Of a DNA stretch of 64,000 nt, positions 1 to 12,828 are shown piece after piece; position 1 is the stretch's first letter, and each line of letters begins with the position of its first letter. Source of the DNA: Marsupella aquatica (taxonomy: Eukaryota; Plantae; Marchantiophyta); contig OZ316891.1 of the NCBI GenBank assembly GCA_973895155.1, positions 15,903,037-15,967,036 of the forward strand. The letters run 5' to 3'. The position numbers were made by a program, and so were the translations under genes. A model generated the notes under the pieces. It worked only from the letters and a program-made list of their open reading frames with translations, was not told the origin of the DNA and made no database searches.

Positions 1-677
1 CTTGGAGAAGTCCACAAACAAGCAAAATAATGGTTTATGTGGAGATTTGGCCTTTTCACACAACACCCTCAAGCAGAGAATGTGATCCATAGTGTTGAAT
101 TCTCTCCTAAAACCTGCTTGTGAAGGTGCCCTTTTCATCTCACTCTCCAACCAAGAGCTTAATCTGGCTTCAAGTAGTCCTCCCAAAACTTTAGCAAAAG
201 TATTGCCTACCATGATGGTTCTATAGTTGTGCACATCGTCCTTGTTGCCTGCCTTGAAGATAGGCACCACTCTTCTGGTCATCCAAGCTTTAGGTAAACC
301 TAAAGCCATTGCTTGATTCAGCTCATGCACCAAGTTTGTTAGTAAAGAGGGTCCTCCCCACAAAAGAAGCTCCAAGTTCAGGCCCAACAGATCTTTAGCT
401 TTCCCATGTTGCATGTGGGAAAGATGCACCTTCACCTCCCTCTCTGTAAACTGAATGGTGTCCCCAAGGGGCAAAGGCATGCCACTAGCATCTGGAAAGA
501 AATACAAGGATGTGACATAGGTTACCAGGTCCTGGTGATCCAAGGGGGGAGTAGTCTTGCCTGATTGCATTCTCTCCCAAAAACGTTTTGGATGTTTGAT
601 GAACTCCTCACATAGTGATTGTTGATGACTCTTCAAGAAGCACCTCTTCTTGTGTTTGATGAAGTTCTTGTACATAG

Positions 678-1025
678 TAATGGTAATGGTAATGGTAATG
701 TATTATAAGCTCCGGGACCATGAAAGTCAAAGGAGCTGCCACAAAAAGTAAAGTACAATGCAATCAAATAAAAGAGCAACCAAAAGAGATTTCTCAGAAG
801 AGGACAACTATGTCCTCAAAGAAACTATGGACCTAGAGAGCCCTATGGACCTAGAGAGCCCTGAAAGATTTTCCAAACCTAATCTCCTTTCCCTATCCAC
901 CGCAAAGATATATCTTCCAAGTTGCTGAGGGGGCAGACCAAACAATGCATACAAATCTTTCACCAAGATTTGAGATGCCATCCTAACCCCCTCATAAAAC
1001 TTGCAAGCAATGAATACATGATATT
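678..1025 (-). mobile_element. Short 5'-truncated LINE 3'-end copy nested in LINE ORF2
   Basis: Starts with (TAATGG)n, i.e. a (CATTAC)n tail on the minus strand. Near-identical to 13301-13634. Interrupts ...LLAFN / MYKNFIKHKK... Confidence 0.88.
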
Positions 1026-1679
1026 GAATGCCAAAAGTCTCTTTTCCCCTGAATGTGATCTTGCTTGCATCCTTGCTCTAGCACAATCCTCGTCAAACCA
1101 AGCCTTCATGTTTTGCTTTCTAGGGGGTTTGGTGGAGAAAGTAGAGGCTGCTGCTTGTGCTATGACTTCTGAGAGCTCAATCTGATCATCCAGGGTATGG
1201 AGAAGATGGTCAAAGTTGGCTTTGAAGATGACTTCTCTATCAGGGTCTAGAAACAGAGGTTTGGGTACTGGCTTTCTATGCACTTTGTTTGGGATTGTGG
1301 TCAGGTCAAGATGGAACAACAAAGGCAAGTGTGAAGACTCTGGTTGTTGATCAAGTATTTGAAAGTCAACCACTCTAGTGGCAGAGGTAGGTGAGGCAAG
1401 AAGGTAATCAATGGTACTACATCCTTGTTTAGATCTAAAAGTGTAACCAGATGATTGGGGAAATCTCTCAAGCCCATTCAATATTCTTAGATTACAAGAA
1501 GCTCCCAAATGCAAAAAGTGACATGTCATGTCATTTGTTCTGGTGTCAAGAGCCTCTCTCACCCAAGGTATCTCTTCACTACATGATGACCAAGGTAAAG
1601 TTCCTAAGTCCTCACTTTCAGTAAATTGTTCATTAGATACCCTGGCATTAAAGTCCCCCACTATCCATGTCTCCCCTAG

Positions 1680-1898
1680 TAATGGTAATGGTAATGGTAA
1701 TGTATTATAAGCTCCGGGACCATGAAAGTCAAAGGAGCTGCCACAAAAAGTAAAGTACAATGCAATCAAAGAAAAGAGCAACCAAAAGAGATTTCTCAGA
1801 AGAGGACAACTATGTCCTCAAAGAAACTATGGACCTAGAGAGCCCTGAAAGATTTTCCAAACCTATTCTCCTTTCCCTATCCACCGCAAAGATATATC
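1680..1898 (-). mobile_element. Second short LINE 3'-end copy nested in the APE domain
   Basis: Same (TAATGG)n tail and 3' UTR sequence as the 678 and 13301 copies. Interrupts ...IQVIHDI / LGETWIVGDFNAR. Confidence 0.88.
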
Positions 1899-2771
1899 AT
1901 GAATGACTTGGATTAACCTATGAAATGGATAATGTGCATCAGCAATTCCCATCTTATAGACATTCATATTAAGGGGAGCAAAGTAGGTGACAATCAGAAA
2001 TGATGGAGTACCTCTGGTATGAAGTCTCACCACCATGAACTGCTTGCTGGGATCGTCATGCTCAATAGAGGTCATCGTGTTGAAGTTGATTCTTGGTGTA
2101 GACAGCAATGCCTCCAAACCCTCTTCCCCGTGTGGTCTTTTTCTCATTGAAGATGGATTGTATGCAAGTAAAGCCTTTAATGCTAGGTAGAGCATTTCCC
2201 TCATATTCCCAAGTCTCCGTGAAAAGCAAGATGTCAAAAGTCTCAAACAAAGGTTCCCCTCCAATTGCTGTTTCTATGGAAAGTCCTGAAACATTCCATG
2301 CCATGACTCTCAAGGTCCCGATCCATCATTTAGAAACAACTCTCTTCTTATTGGTAACAACAGCTTGTCCATTGCGCAAGTAGGCTACCAATCCTTGGTC
2401 TTTGGTTACCCTCACCTTCTCAAGCTCAATTTTCCTTGCTTGGACTTGTGTGGGAGTCAGATCATCATCCAACCAAATCCTTAGCCCTTTAAGCATGCTC
2501 CTGTTAGCCATCACTCTAGCTTTCTCGGATTCAGCTGCAAACTTCACCAAGATTGGACGTGGAAGGTCCCCCTTCTTTTGCCCAATCCTATATGCTTGCA
2601 AAATGATAGGGTCATGCACTTTCATCTGAGATTGGAAGAATGAAATTGCTACCTTCTTGGTGTCTTCCTTCTCCTCCTCAACAAGGCCTGATATTTTGCA
2701 GTTGCTGACTCTTGCATGCTGGTTCTTGTGTTCTTCCTCTAGTGCTCTCCTCTCCTCCTCCTTGGCTTAGG

Positions 2772-3620
2772 TGGCGCTGCGATGAACGTCCAAGTATGGA
2801 GCAGGTCCCCAATGTAATGGGACACTCAATGGGAGTTTTGATCGCGATGAGTGTCGAAATTGTATCAAGAAGGTTGGCTTCCATTCGTCTGACGGTGTTG
2901 TTGGAATTGTCGTGAAGGGCCATCGTCTCTCCAGGGGCGAACCGATCTCCAAAATGATTTGGTTCTGCCCAAACCAAACCTGTTATAAGAGTCGTCCGCG
3001 TCGTGGTGTTCATCAGCTTCCTCCTCTTCCTGAAATTTTGCCTGTTCTGAAGGGTACAAGCCTATCTCCTTCTGAAATCACGTTCCTCGAAGAGCAAGGA
3101 CTTGTCTTAGCCCGAACAACAGGATCCAGTCGATCTGCGCCATCTTCGTTTGACCTCAGGATAAATGTGAACATGTTCCCAGAAACAATAAGGTTTTGGA
3201 GCCAAATGTCCGGCTGGGTAGTTGGAATGGGAGGAACTCAAGACCTTGGTCTAATCTCACTGTGGGTCACACTAAGCAAATGGAGTCTGCACGACAAGAA
3301 GAGATGAGTTTGGATGGGAATGGAATGTTCGTACTGGAAATGCTTTTGGAAAGCAATTTCGAATTCGAACCCATGAGAACCATCGATCACCAAGCACGTA
3401 CTTTGTTCAAATCTGTATCTTCCCTGCTTGCTCTTGTGAGGACTTCTTCCTACAACATTCGAGTGGCAAGTCGTACATGCCTTGTAAACATCTATACTGG
3501 GTGTACATAAATGTTTTCAAACTTGAGGTTGAGGAGTCGACTCTTTGTAGCCAACCAATTTTGACTGTGGGCGAAGTCAGGCTTGTCTTGGAGAGGCAAA
3601 AACTTGAATGGCTAATAATA
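2772..3620 (+). pseudogene. Cys-rich / SWIM zinc-finger gene fragment of the MULE-like family
   Basis: Reads GAGPQC...ECRNCIKK...IWFCPNQTC...EITFLEEQGL...YMPCKHLYWVY...QPILTVGEVRLVLERQ, colinear with 48397-49350 (-) and 4219-5455 (-). Contains stops and frameshifts. Confidence 0.75.
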
Positions 3621-4218
3621 GGGGCCGAAACTTCCGGATAGGTCGTTCAATATAACGGATAGTCACTATTTTGTCTTTACCCAACGGATATGTTACTTGT
3701 TTTATTCAGTATTGTTTGGTTAGCATCGGGCGCTGCTTCCAAAAATCTTATTTTTCTTGCTTTATTATGTACGCGTGTAGTGTAAGCATTACAACATGTT
3801 TTATTTAAAATGTGTAAGTTGATATCATTATGTTTTATCTTTCAAGCCGTGTTTATTCAATTATTCTGAAATAAATCGTTACGAGGTGTTTTGTCATTTG
3901 TTTGTCACGGTACTCGGTCCATTTAAGTGAACTCATTTTGATTGAGTTCATTTGGACACTACTCTTCACTTGTTCTGTGGTGGGTCCCACCATAAGGTTC
4001 ACTTTTTAGCTTGGACGAATAGTGATATTTGAATGAATGTTTCATTGAGTATAGTCCCCATACCATGTTCAGTTATCTTCCAGATCAAAATGTTGTTGCA
4101 AGGGAGGATTGCTAGTACTCTTCATCCATTGGATGGCACAAAATAATTGTTCGTTTTAAACCTAATTCACTAAAGAAAAATTATGTGATTAGCGTAGTTT
4201 TTCATTCGGACCAAAGGG

Positions 4219-5455
4219 CTATGGTTGATGCAAAACTGGTAACAGGGAATCGCTTACTAGTAACAGGTAAAATTTGACTGTTAACAACAAAAAATTTCCT
4301 GGTAATAGGTTTTCTATTTTCTGTTTTCTGTCATGGCTATCATACCCTCGAGTGAAGAAATCGTCATAGGAGCATGATGGAAAACAACAAACTTGAACCC
4401 AATATCTTTTTGGTATCCTTCCATATGTCTCGTGTGTTGCAACAAACAATTGTTTTCCCCAACCATTTCCAAACTCGATGATGTTCTCCGTCAACACTCG
4501 CATTTGCTCTTCCTCTAATGATTTGATGCGTTTCAAATGCTCTGACGAAAGAGTGACCCTCATGCAGATTGACTTCCCATTTTGACTTGAAAATTGATGC
4601 AACGGGTCATTCATGTTTACCATCTCACGATATGTACTGACATTAATTTGTAAATCTAGAGGTGAAGGGGCACTCAATGGTGGGGAGACATTTGGCATAT
4701 GTTCTCTTCTAGAGGGATGAGTTTGAATGCCTAAATCAAAGGAAAGGCCTTTCTCAATGAGGAAGGTAATTTCCTCACTAGCAAGACTGGTCCCTAAACA
4801 AGCAAAACATCAGAAATTGGTGGTAAGGAAACAATGGAACGTTGTGGCTTTCCTCAAAAACAAACATTATTTGGACAAAACCAAGTAACTTGAGGTACAT
4901 TTGAGCCAAAAATCCTGTGTGCAGCAAAACCGCAATAGCCATGCGTCCCCTTGGGTCGGGTAATGATACTTTTTTCACAGAATTCCGACATTCCTCTCGA
5001 GTTACAGACCTACCAAGAAACCCTTAGCACTTTGGGCCGACCCCTTTGGAGGACATTCTACCTATATACCAACTCCCTTGGGGAACTCGCACCTCATGGC
5101 ATGTCAACGTAGCACTTGACTCGGAAATGGGCAATGGGACTACAGGTGTAGGGGACGGAGCAGGAGTTGAACGAGTAGCAACGCGTCTGGGTGGAGTCTG
5201 AAGGACCTCAAACGATTCACTCTCAGACAAATTTACAACATCTGGTATCGAAGCTCCCTCGGGCCGATCCATTGATGTTGGCGGCCCTCTTGTATAATTA
5301 GGACTAAACTCAATAGAGTTTAGATTTTGTCTCCTTGATGCAGTCCTAGTTGGGGAAGTAAGAAGAACCATGTCATGTCGATGAGAGTCCTGATCAGAGA
5401 TTTTGTCACTTGCAATTCCCTTCCTCTTTTGTAGATTTTGTTTGCAAATCACCAT
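4219..5455 (-). pseudogene. Cys-rich / SWIM zinc-finger coding region (MULE copy 1)
   Basis: GVGPKC...ECRNSVKKV...TWFCPNNVC...EITFLIEKG...YWVQVCCFPSCSYDDFF. Homologous to the other two copies. May be the C-terminus of the transposase gene. Confidence 0.7.
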
Positions 5456-5595
5456 TTAATGGCCTAGTCCGTAGAAGATCAAACTTCCCATTAGCTTCCA
5501 TCAAATAATTGGTTGCTTTCTCATGAGCGGAAGCAGAACCAACCATATCTGCATGGCAAAATGCAAGCTCAAAATTGTTGGTCCTGTACCTCTAC

Positions 5596-7679
5596 TCACA
5601 CCGGACTCAAATTTGATGTAGCAGGCAACTTGGAAGGCAGCACGATTGGAGTCAACTTTGCAGGCGCCTCCACTAGAGTCACTTTCTTTTTGGGTTGGGA
5701 AGCAAGCATGGAAGCATGGACAGATTCCAAACCAGTGCAATTTGGCATTCTTGCAGACTCCAGGGCGTCAGCCGACTGAAACAAAACAGATTAGTATAAA
5801 TCAACGTAAGTAATGGATTCAACCAATGTTAGCAAAGGTCGCTTGCAATATTTTGATGAGCATGCCATAAAATATAGATTTGTGATTAAGACCATACCAG
5901 CCGGATATAGTTCCCCCACTGTCTCCATCGAACGACCCACCAGGAAATCCATCCTTGTAGATAGCAAAGTTTCCCTAGAATACAGTTTCCAGAGTGCCAC
6001 CACTCCTTGATCTTTGAAGAAATTCTGTAAGCTTCAACGTACGTGGAGGCGTTCCTCAAACGGTCCCACCTTCATGGGTATGCCTCCAAAGTGATTGGAA
6101 GAAATGAAAAGCATCAGACCTCTCTTCTTCTGGATTAGGCAGACCCTGCCAGAATACATTCCAAACCGCATTCCACGCAGCGGTGGCATTGTCTGCCATG
6201 AAACTATGGATGGTAATGTCGTGCAAACCATTTTTGGATGCAACACTTACCATCAACCTCCAAGCCGTAGACAATGATTCACAACATTCAGACTTCAGCT
6301 CACAAGTAAATATTGTGCAGAGGGCACGGATGTTATGATCATAAACGTGCGCACTAAATGTAAGCCAGCCAGTAGTAATCCGGTGCATAACATCAAAACT
6401 AACCCATGATCCTTCAAGAGAACCCCCTTTTTTCATTTTTGAAGAATATCCAATCCATAACCCAGACTTTTTACGCTCATCTTGAAAACAGGAGCTTGAT
6501 CTATGATTGAGCCTTGACCGGGGAATAGAAATCTCTGGATGTAAGGAAAATGAATGTTCCTTTGCATGTCCCGAATCGAGTCAAACTCCCTTTTCAAGGG
6601 ATTCTCCATTTTCACGTTCCACAAGATGACTTGGAACTTCTCTTTGGATGCAAGAGCACTCAATGAGCTCCAAATATCCTGAATGTCCTGGGCATAAATC
6701 CCAGCGGCACTCTCTAGAGCCAAGTGTGACATCAATGACTCCGTTGCATCAATTTTTAGTTGAGCTGGTGTGGCCAGGGGGGGTTCACTAAATGATGGTT
6801 TTTGATGACCGACTCTGCAGCAATCATGGCCTCCCTCAAAACAAAACTATTTGGTGGGTGGACATGGTATCCAACATGCGTTGCAAGCCTCAACATGAAT
6901 CTCATATTTTCTTTATCCACCGACAAAAGTGGGTGCATGTAAAACATTAGTGCGAGACACGTCTCCACACATACAGGTGGTTGGTCACAATGAAAACATA
7001 CTATTCCTCTGGGAGAAACTGCTTCCCCAGTCTTGTGCATGTGGTCTCTTTTTGCCCTTCCCGCCCAGGACACTCGATTCCTTCCTTTGCCCTTATCTAA
7101 GAATGCACACTTTCCATTTTGACATTCAATCGACCCAGAGCATTGGACCTTTGCAAACTGATATAAATATTTTGGAAAAACATTCACAAAAGTTGGAATA
7201 ATTTGGGTCCAACGATAGCAATCATTCTCTGGATCCATGTATTTTAACCCAGATCCTCTTTTAGTGGATGAATCTACTAGAGGAAGCTCAAATATTGAGT
7301 CCCCATTGTAATCCTTGGGAAGACATTGAACATGTTTGACATCCTCGCCCGACTCCAAGAACTTACGGACAAAGCAAGATATCTTGCTCGAGCCTTTAAC
7401 CCTCAATATCATGTCACAAGCACTCACTCGATATACAGGGGAAACTTTATTTGGAGACTCTGTTTTGATTTCACAAACATCAATGTCTACTTCTACTCTC
7501 TCGGGGGATGGATCATTTTTCGTAACCATAGAGTACACATATCCAATTTTCAAGCTCCAATGTCTATGGAGACTCGAAGGCTCAATACGGGCAGGACTCA
7601 CAATGGAATCCTCCCTCCTCCCAAGTACATCTTGGATATATAATCCCTCAGCCAAGTCGTTGACCAAGATAAGTTTCAC
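5596..7679 (-). pseudogene. Mutator-like (MULE) DDE transposase, frameshifted
   Basis: Core 6056-6436 has WVSFDVMHRI...CELKSE...FMADNATAAWNAVWNVF...FHFFQSL (MULE D...D and CxFH-like motifs). N-terminal Cys/His region CSGSIECQNGKC...CFHC...C...HVGYHVH. Confidence 0.75.
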
Positions 7680-7921
7680 TCACTATTTTCTCTCCACTCA
7701 ATGAAAAAACAAGAAGAAACATCACATCTCCAGTAGACTCGCGCACAATTCTGATTTGAGATGCCATGTCTAAAACATAGATAGAGTCCAAATGGAAATC
7801 TCGGCCAATGTCACAGAATGAAAGGGGTGTTTCTCACTCCTAAATTGTTAATTGTAGTCTGTTGAAAGCTCGAACAACTCTCAGATTTTGAAACGGTAAT
7901 AACTGTGGCATTAAAATATTT

Positions 7922-8216
7922 GGGTATGACATGCGTGATAGTAAACAGGAAACAAGTTTACTGGTACTAGCAAAAAAATAATTTTACCAAAAAAATGACA
8001 ATGTAAAAATATTTCCTAAAAAATCACATTTTTCAACAAAAAAAATTATTGACAACAATTTTTGGCTAGCTTTGGGCGCTAGCAAAAAAAACAACTTTTT
8101 TTTCTACAAAAAAATAAAATTTTAAAATCATTTTTTTTAAATTACCACTCATTTTCCCGTTACCAGTTTCTGTTTCTTGTTACTGTTTGTTGTTTCTTGT
8201 TGTTTGTAAATACCCC
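7922..8216. mobile_element. MITE of the MULE-like family
   Basis: Termini GGGTAT.../...ATACCCC. Exact 8-bp TSD AAATATTT (7914-7921 and 8217-8224). AAACAG-rich subterminal repeats. Internal palindrome TAGCTTTGGGCGCTA at 8067. Confidence 0.8.
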
Positions 8217-8486
8217 AAATATTTGGTCGTTTGTTTTGTATCCGTTAGGATGTCTTTATACATGAAGACAAGCATAAAACTCTTTATATATTCCGTGAAA
8301 AAACATACACTAGATGTTAACAAAGATCGCTACCAAAATTGTCTTAGTATCTTAACCTAATTTACGCCCAACTAAAGACGTAGAATCTGTAGGTATCGAT
8401 CCTTATATGAATCTCACTCCTTTTGGTCGGGATCTGGACAAAACTTATCCAAAGAAGCAGACATTTCTTCATCCGGGACACCAGTT

Positions 8487-8923
8487 GCTCAACGGTATAT
8501 GTCTTGTGTGAAACCATGGTCCCTCCTCTGCCTAAATGCTCTACTTGGAGCTCTGTAGACAGGCCTTCGGCTGCTCCCGCTCGCAAAGTTAGAGTCCTGA
8601 AAATCAGGAGATCCCAACACCTTGTGCTTTCAAAGTTCTAGACAACGCGGCTAAACTGTGGCAGGATTGGAATGAACATGGAAGAAGAACCGATCTTTGA
8701 ATGGAAGAGCGGGCTCATCCCTGAGCCATGGAATGTTCCGCTCCCTTGGCCTCATTCCCTCACTCGATGGGAGGCTATTCCTATTTTGGATGTCTGAAGT
8801 GGTAGAAACATACGTCTCGGACTCGTGCTCTGTGGTCTCCTCTTCCTCTTCAATGGGAAATTTACCATTATTGGGCTTCATGTTCCGCAAACCATCCATG
8901 ACCAAAGATGAGTGTGACAACAA
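8487..8923 (-). pseudogene. Small orphan gene of the MULE-like family (copy 1)
   Basis: PALPFKDRF...NPATV*...GSPDFQDSN...DHGFTQDIYR aligns with PPLPFRERF...DPSNV...GHVNFSDSN...EDGFRQDEDR in 54049-54519. Confidence 0.6.
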
Positions 8924-11900
8924 TAAGGAATGTCAAAATCCAAGACGATGTGAATCAGTGAGTGTCTGGAATAGACACCTAACAAAGTTAACTCTTCAAT
9001 ATATGGACCTACCCTCCAGGGATGACCGACCAAAGAACTGACTGACCAAAGTACGGAACGACCAATGAATTGACGGACCTTTAGAGACGGCCGACCAAAT
9101 AACCCTAAGACCGCCCGACCAACCCAAAGACCGACCGACAAAACATACATATCCATCGGATTCCCCTATCGTCTTTTTACAAGGTCAGTAATGGATAGTA
9201 TCTGCCAACGGATATACAACGGTAATAAAGAACGATAACTTTTGCTAGCAATCATCGCTATCATTAACTATGCTTCAAAAGATTCGTACTGAACCTAATA
9301 TCACTGAAATCTACTATAAATTCCAAAAAAGTGGTAACGAGTTTTGATAGCGACCTTTGCTATCAAAAATTATAGTTTCCAATATCCAATTCTAGAGGTT
9401 TATTGACAAATTTTGCAATGTTTTGGGTTTAGTTTCATTGATTTAAAAATGGAATAATTTTGATAGCAAGGGTTGCTACCAAAGTTACCGTTAAATGGTA
9501 ACTTTAATTGTTTTTTGTTCACCTTAAGTGTTCTAAAAGTTTCCTTATTTGACGTCAAACTTCCGTGCATTTAGGTTAGGTTTCATTAAACCACCCAAAA
9601 TTAACTCAACATTAATTTTTGTTAATTAACCTGTTAGTACCACTAGTTACTGTTGTATATTGTTCCTATTACTGTATGACACGTCTCAAATTCTAGTTGC
9701 TATCGCTATGGATGATAGTATTATATCTCGTTTAGAAATGGATGACGGTATTATATCCTATTTACAAATGTTCCATTGGACTTCACACGTCTTGGTCAGT
9801 AGAGGAGTAGATGTTGGTAAGGTGTCTTTGTACGTGGGGTGTCATCCATACCCAACGACGGTCACTCTTTGGAGTAGTTGTGCAAAATTTTCAAGGGCAT
9901 CAAGCCCATTAGTGAACCAATGGATCATTCTTCTTAATCGCACTCCCAAACTTCTTTTTCCGCCTCCTCTATATAGACTACAAACTCAAGCAAATTAGTG
10001 ACTTGGTTGACAGCAGAGAGACAAATTCTTTTCATAGGTTTGAAACTCCGAGAAGACCAGTCATGTCTCAAGGCACACATGGTGTGCCGATGGGAGGCAG
10101 CAAAATTCCGGACGCGTTCTCCAAGGTGCTTGCTCATCACTCTCTTTCGTTTGGGTTGAACAAAAGAGGTGATATGCAAGATCCTCCTAGGATTCCCCTT
10201 TGTCGACTTATGAACATGGACTTGGTGAGGTCGCTCCAGGTGCAATCGGGAGCTATCGATAATCTAGTCTCCAAGTTCAAGACGAATGGATACGTTGACG
10301 AGTTGGCAAAGTTTTATGTTTCCGTCTGTGATGCAAAAGGCGCTGAGATTGTGGTCACTGAAGATATTTGAGCAACTTGGGATGATGTTTGGGTTCAGCA
10401 GAATGCAGCGTTTGAAGCAAAATGTGACAAAAATCCAGAATTTGAGTGCCTTAAGGACAAGATGTTTTCGGTTTTTGATGGGAACCATCGTCTACATTCG
10501 TGAATGATAGTTGCTAAACAGTTCCCTGACAACAAAAAGTATCATCCTCGAGTGATTTGTTGCATTTTGAAGGGGAAGCGGGATTCCTTCATTGAGATTG
10601 AGTCGGCAATGCATGAGCTCAACAAGTAAGTTTCTTCTATTTTTTGCAAGTGCTTTGAGATGCTCAGAAATTTCTAAAAATCCTGAACTATTTTTTTGGG
10701 TCTAGGCTTGGACAATGTGTTGTGGAAAATTCTTGGATATTGGATGCGGATCGAGTGAAGAAAATCCTCCAATATGATCTGTCTTACTATGAGAAGATCA
10801 TCAATTCTGCTAGCTACAAGATCTTTGAAACTAGGATGGCGAATGTGAAGAATAATAAGGCTTGGTACTCAAAAAAGATGAGTTTGGATGCACTCACATA
10901 CATTTTGTGCTCTGCAAACATAGCTGCGGGTCTAGAAGATTGTCGTCGGGGTGGAGCACAGGGAAGCAACAAACCCAAGTCAGGATTATGCATCCAAACC
11001 AGTCTTCTCCCTTGATGAGTGCCGTGTTTGGCTTGGGATGAGCAAATAAACCTTTGTAACTACTTAACAATCCTCTTCAGAGGGAACCCTTCTACAGCCC
11101 TAGGTTATCAGGCTTTGCACCAATATGAATTGAACACCACTATTATCTCCTACAACTCTTATACTACTACTACTGCGTGGAAAGCCCCTCGGATATTCAA
11201 GAGACCTACACACCACTGATCAAAAAGGGGCACCAAGTCACGGACTACCTTTCTAAAGGCATGACTATGCATAGTTCTCGTGATCCTAACTTTTAGTTTT
11301 GGTATCCTGGCTACAGGCTTCCGCACCCGACGTCCTATCATGATTGTATCCGGACCAAGTTAGGGTTGTGAGCTTGGTCTAGGCTTAGCCTGGACGTCCA
11401 CTCAGAGTGCTCTACTTTGTCCGAACCTCTCCCAAGCACACCTTCTCCTATTCTGACCACAAGGTCACAAGACGGTACTCATTAGCGGAGGTGAACCCTT
11501 CCGACTGCGTCCCAACCACCCGGGGGATAGGAAAAAGGGAACACTACCTCTTTTCCCTTAACCACCCCCAAATGGTGCATGTTAAACACTAATTCTTCCC
11601 TACGATTAACTCAACATAACCCTTCTCTATTCATTCGCTTTTGTATTAACCGATTAATCGTCCAACAATAGGGTAATCTAGTAAATCATTTCATACTCTG
11701 AACCTGTAATTTCCGCTGAATGTTCTTCAATGTCTACTTCTTCTTTCCACTTCCTAGGTACAATCGACTCAGTTAATACTAATCCTTCCCTGTATACAAT
11801 TTCTATAAATCCACACCACTCACGATAAGTGAAAATACAAATTGGAATACTCTCTTCCCTTAGCCGACGAGTAATTAGGTGCGAACCAATCGAACAGATC

Positions 11901-12828
11901 CACAATTCAATTGGCCTGAGCCTAATTAGTGAGGAATTCTTCTTATCCTCGTTGTTAGTATTCATGCTTCTAATGATTGTGACCTGATTAGATTCAATCG
12001 TCTCATTGATGCTCCCACCAGGAGTTTGATCAATTACTTATGCTACGAAGTAGATCAAGAAAGGCTATTCGTAAGTAGAATGTCAATTGAACAATTACTC
12101 CGTTATGTTGCAGGTGTATGACAATTAGATTGTCATTCTCAAAACACACACACTTTAGCCAAACTCCACTACTTATGAGTTGTCTGTTGGTTTGATTCCG
12201 CAAGGTGTTACTCCTCAACGTGTTCACTTTGAGTGAATTAATTCTCATTCATTCCTGCGGTCGAAATATGACCATCTTAACATACTTCTGTCTAATCCTC
12301 GGTTTATAACTTCAACAGATTTAACTTTTTTTATAATTCAGATTGTCTTACTCAATCTTTTCTTTAATTTTCCCTCTCCTCAATTTCTGAATCCATTCAC
12401 TCTCAGTTCTTACTCTCGCAGTCAATCACCATCTCTTCCGGTAGACTCTCTCAACAATGTGCTCATCCAAGAACAATTCATCAGGTTGTGCCGTAATGAT
12501 TTCTTTACTTCTCAACATTGAAATTCTACTCACATCTGAGTAGGGAACACTTAAACAGATCTATTGATCATCTTAAGGAAAGTCTGGCTTCGCCTTTCAA
12601 TCAGATTACCTATTGCAAAAGTGTCACTCTGTTCTACACTTTTGCCTGCCTTAATACTATCTTCCGGAAAAATTATCGGTTTCCAATTGCCTGACTAACA
12701 AAATGGTTATCTAACTTACTAATCGAACACAACTGCATAATAAATTGCTGTTTTGCGATTACTAAACTGCAATCCGTAGTTCCCGATTGGTATACTCTGT
12801 TTAACTGAGACTACTGCATCAAACATCT

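Larger units (their letters stand above)
1..2770 (-). mobile_element. LINE (non-LTR retrotransposon) with ORF1 and APE-RT ORF2; 5'-truncated, frameshifted, runs off the window start
   Basis: ORF1-like 2326-2770 (RIGQKKGDLPRPILVKF...IWLDDDLTP). APE endonuclease motifs in 1026-2313 (AWNVSGL, FTETW, GFGGIAVY, IVGDFNAR, TIDYLL, SSHLPL). RT N-terminus in 1-677 (VPIFKAG...NYRTI, QAGFR, FVDFSK). Confidence 0.92.

Noticed and set aside
960-1781. 273-aa ORF as an intact protein
   Set aside because: Both ends are read-through into inserted LINE 3' UTR copies; only the middle is endonuclease.
5596-7679. Zisupton/KDZ or hAT assignment because of SWIM and 8-bp TSDs
   Set aside because: Core motifs (SFD, FMAD.A.A..NAV..VF, FH) and G-rich termini fit MULE better; an HMM search would settle it.
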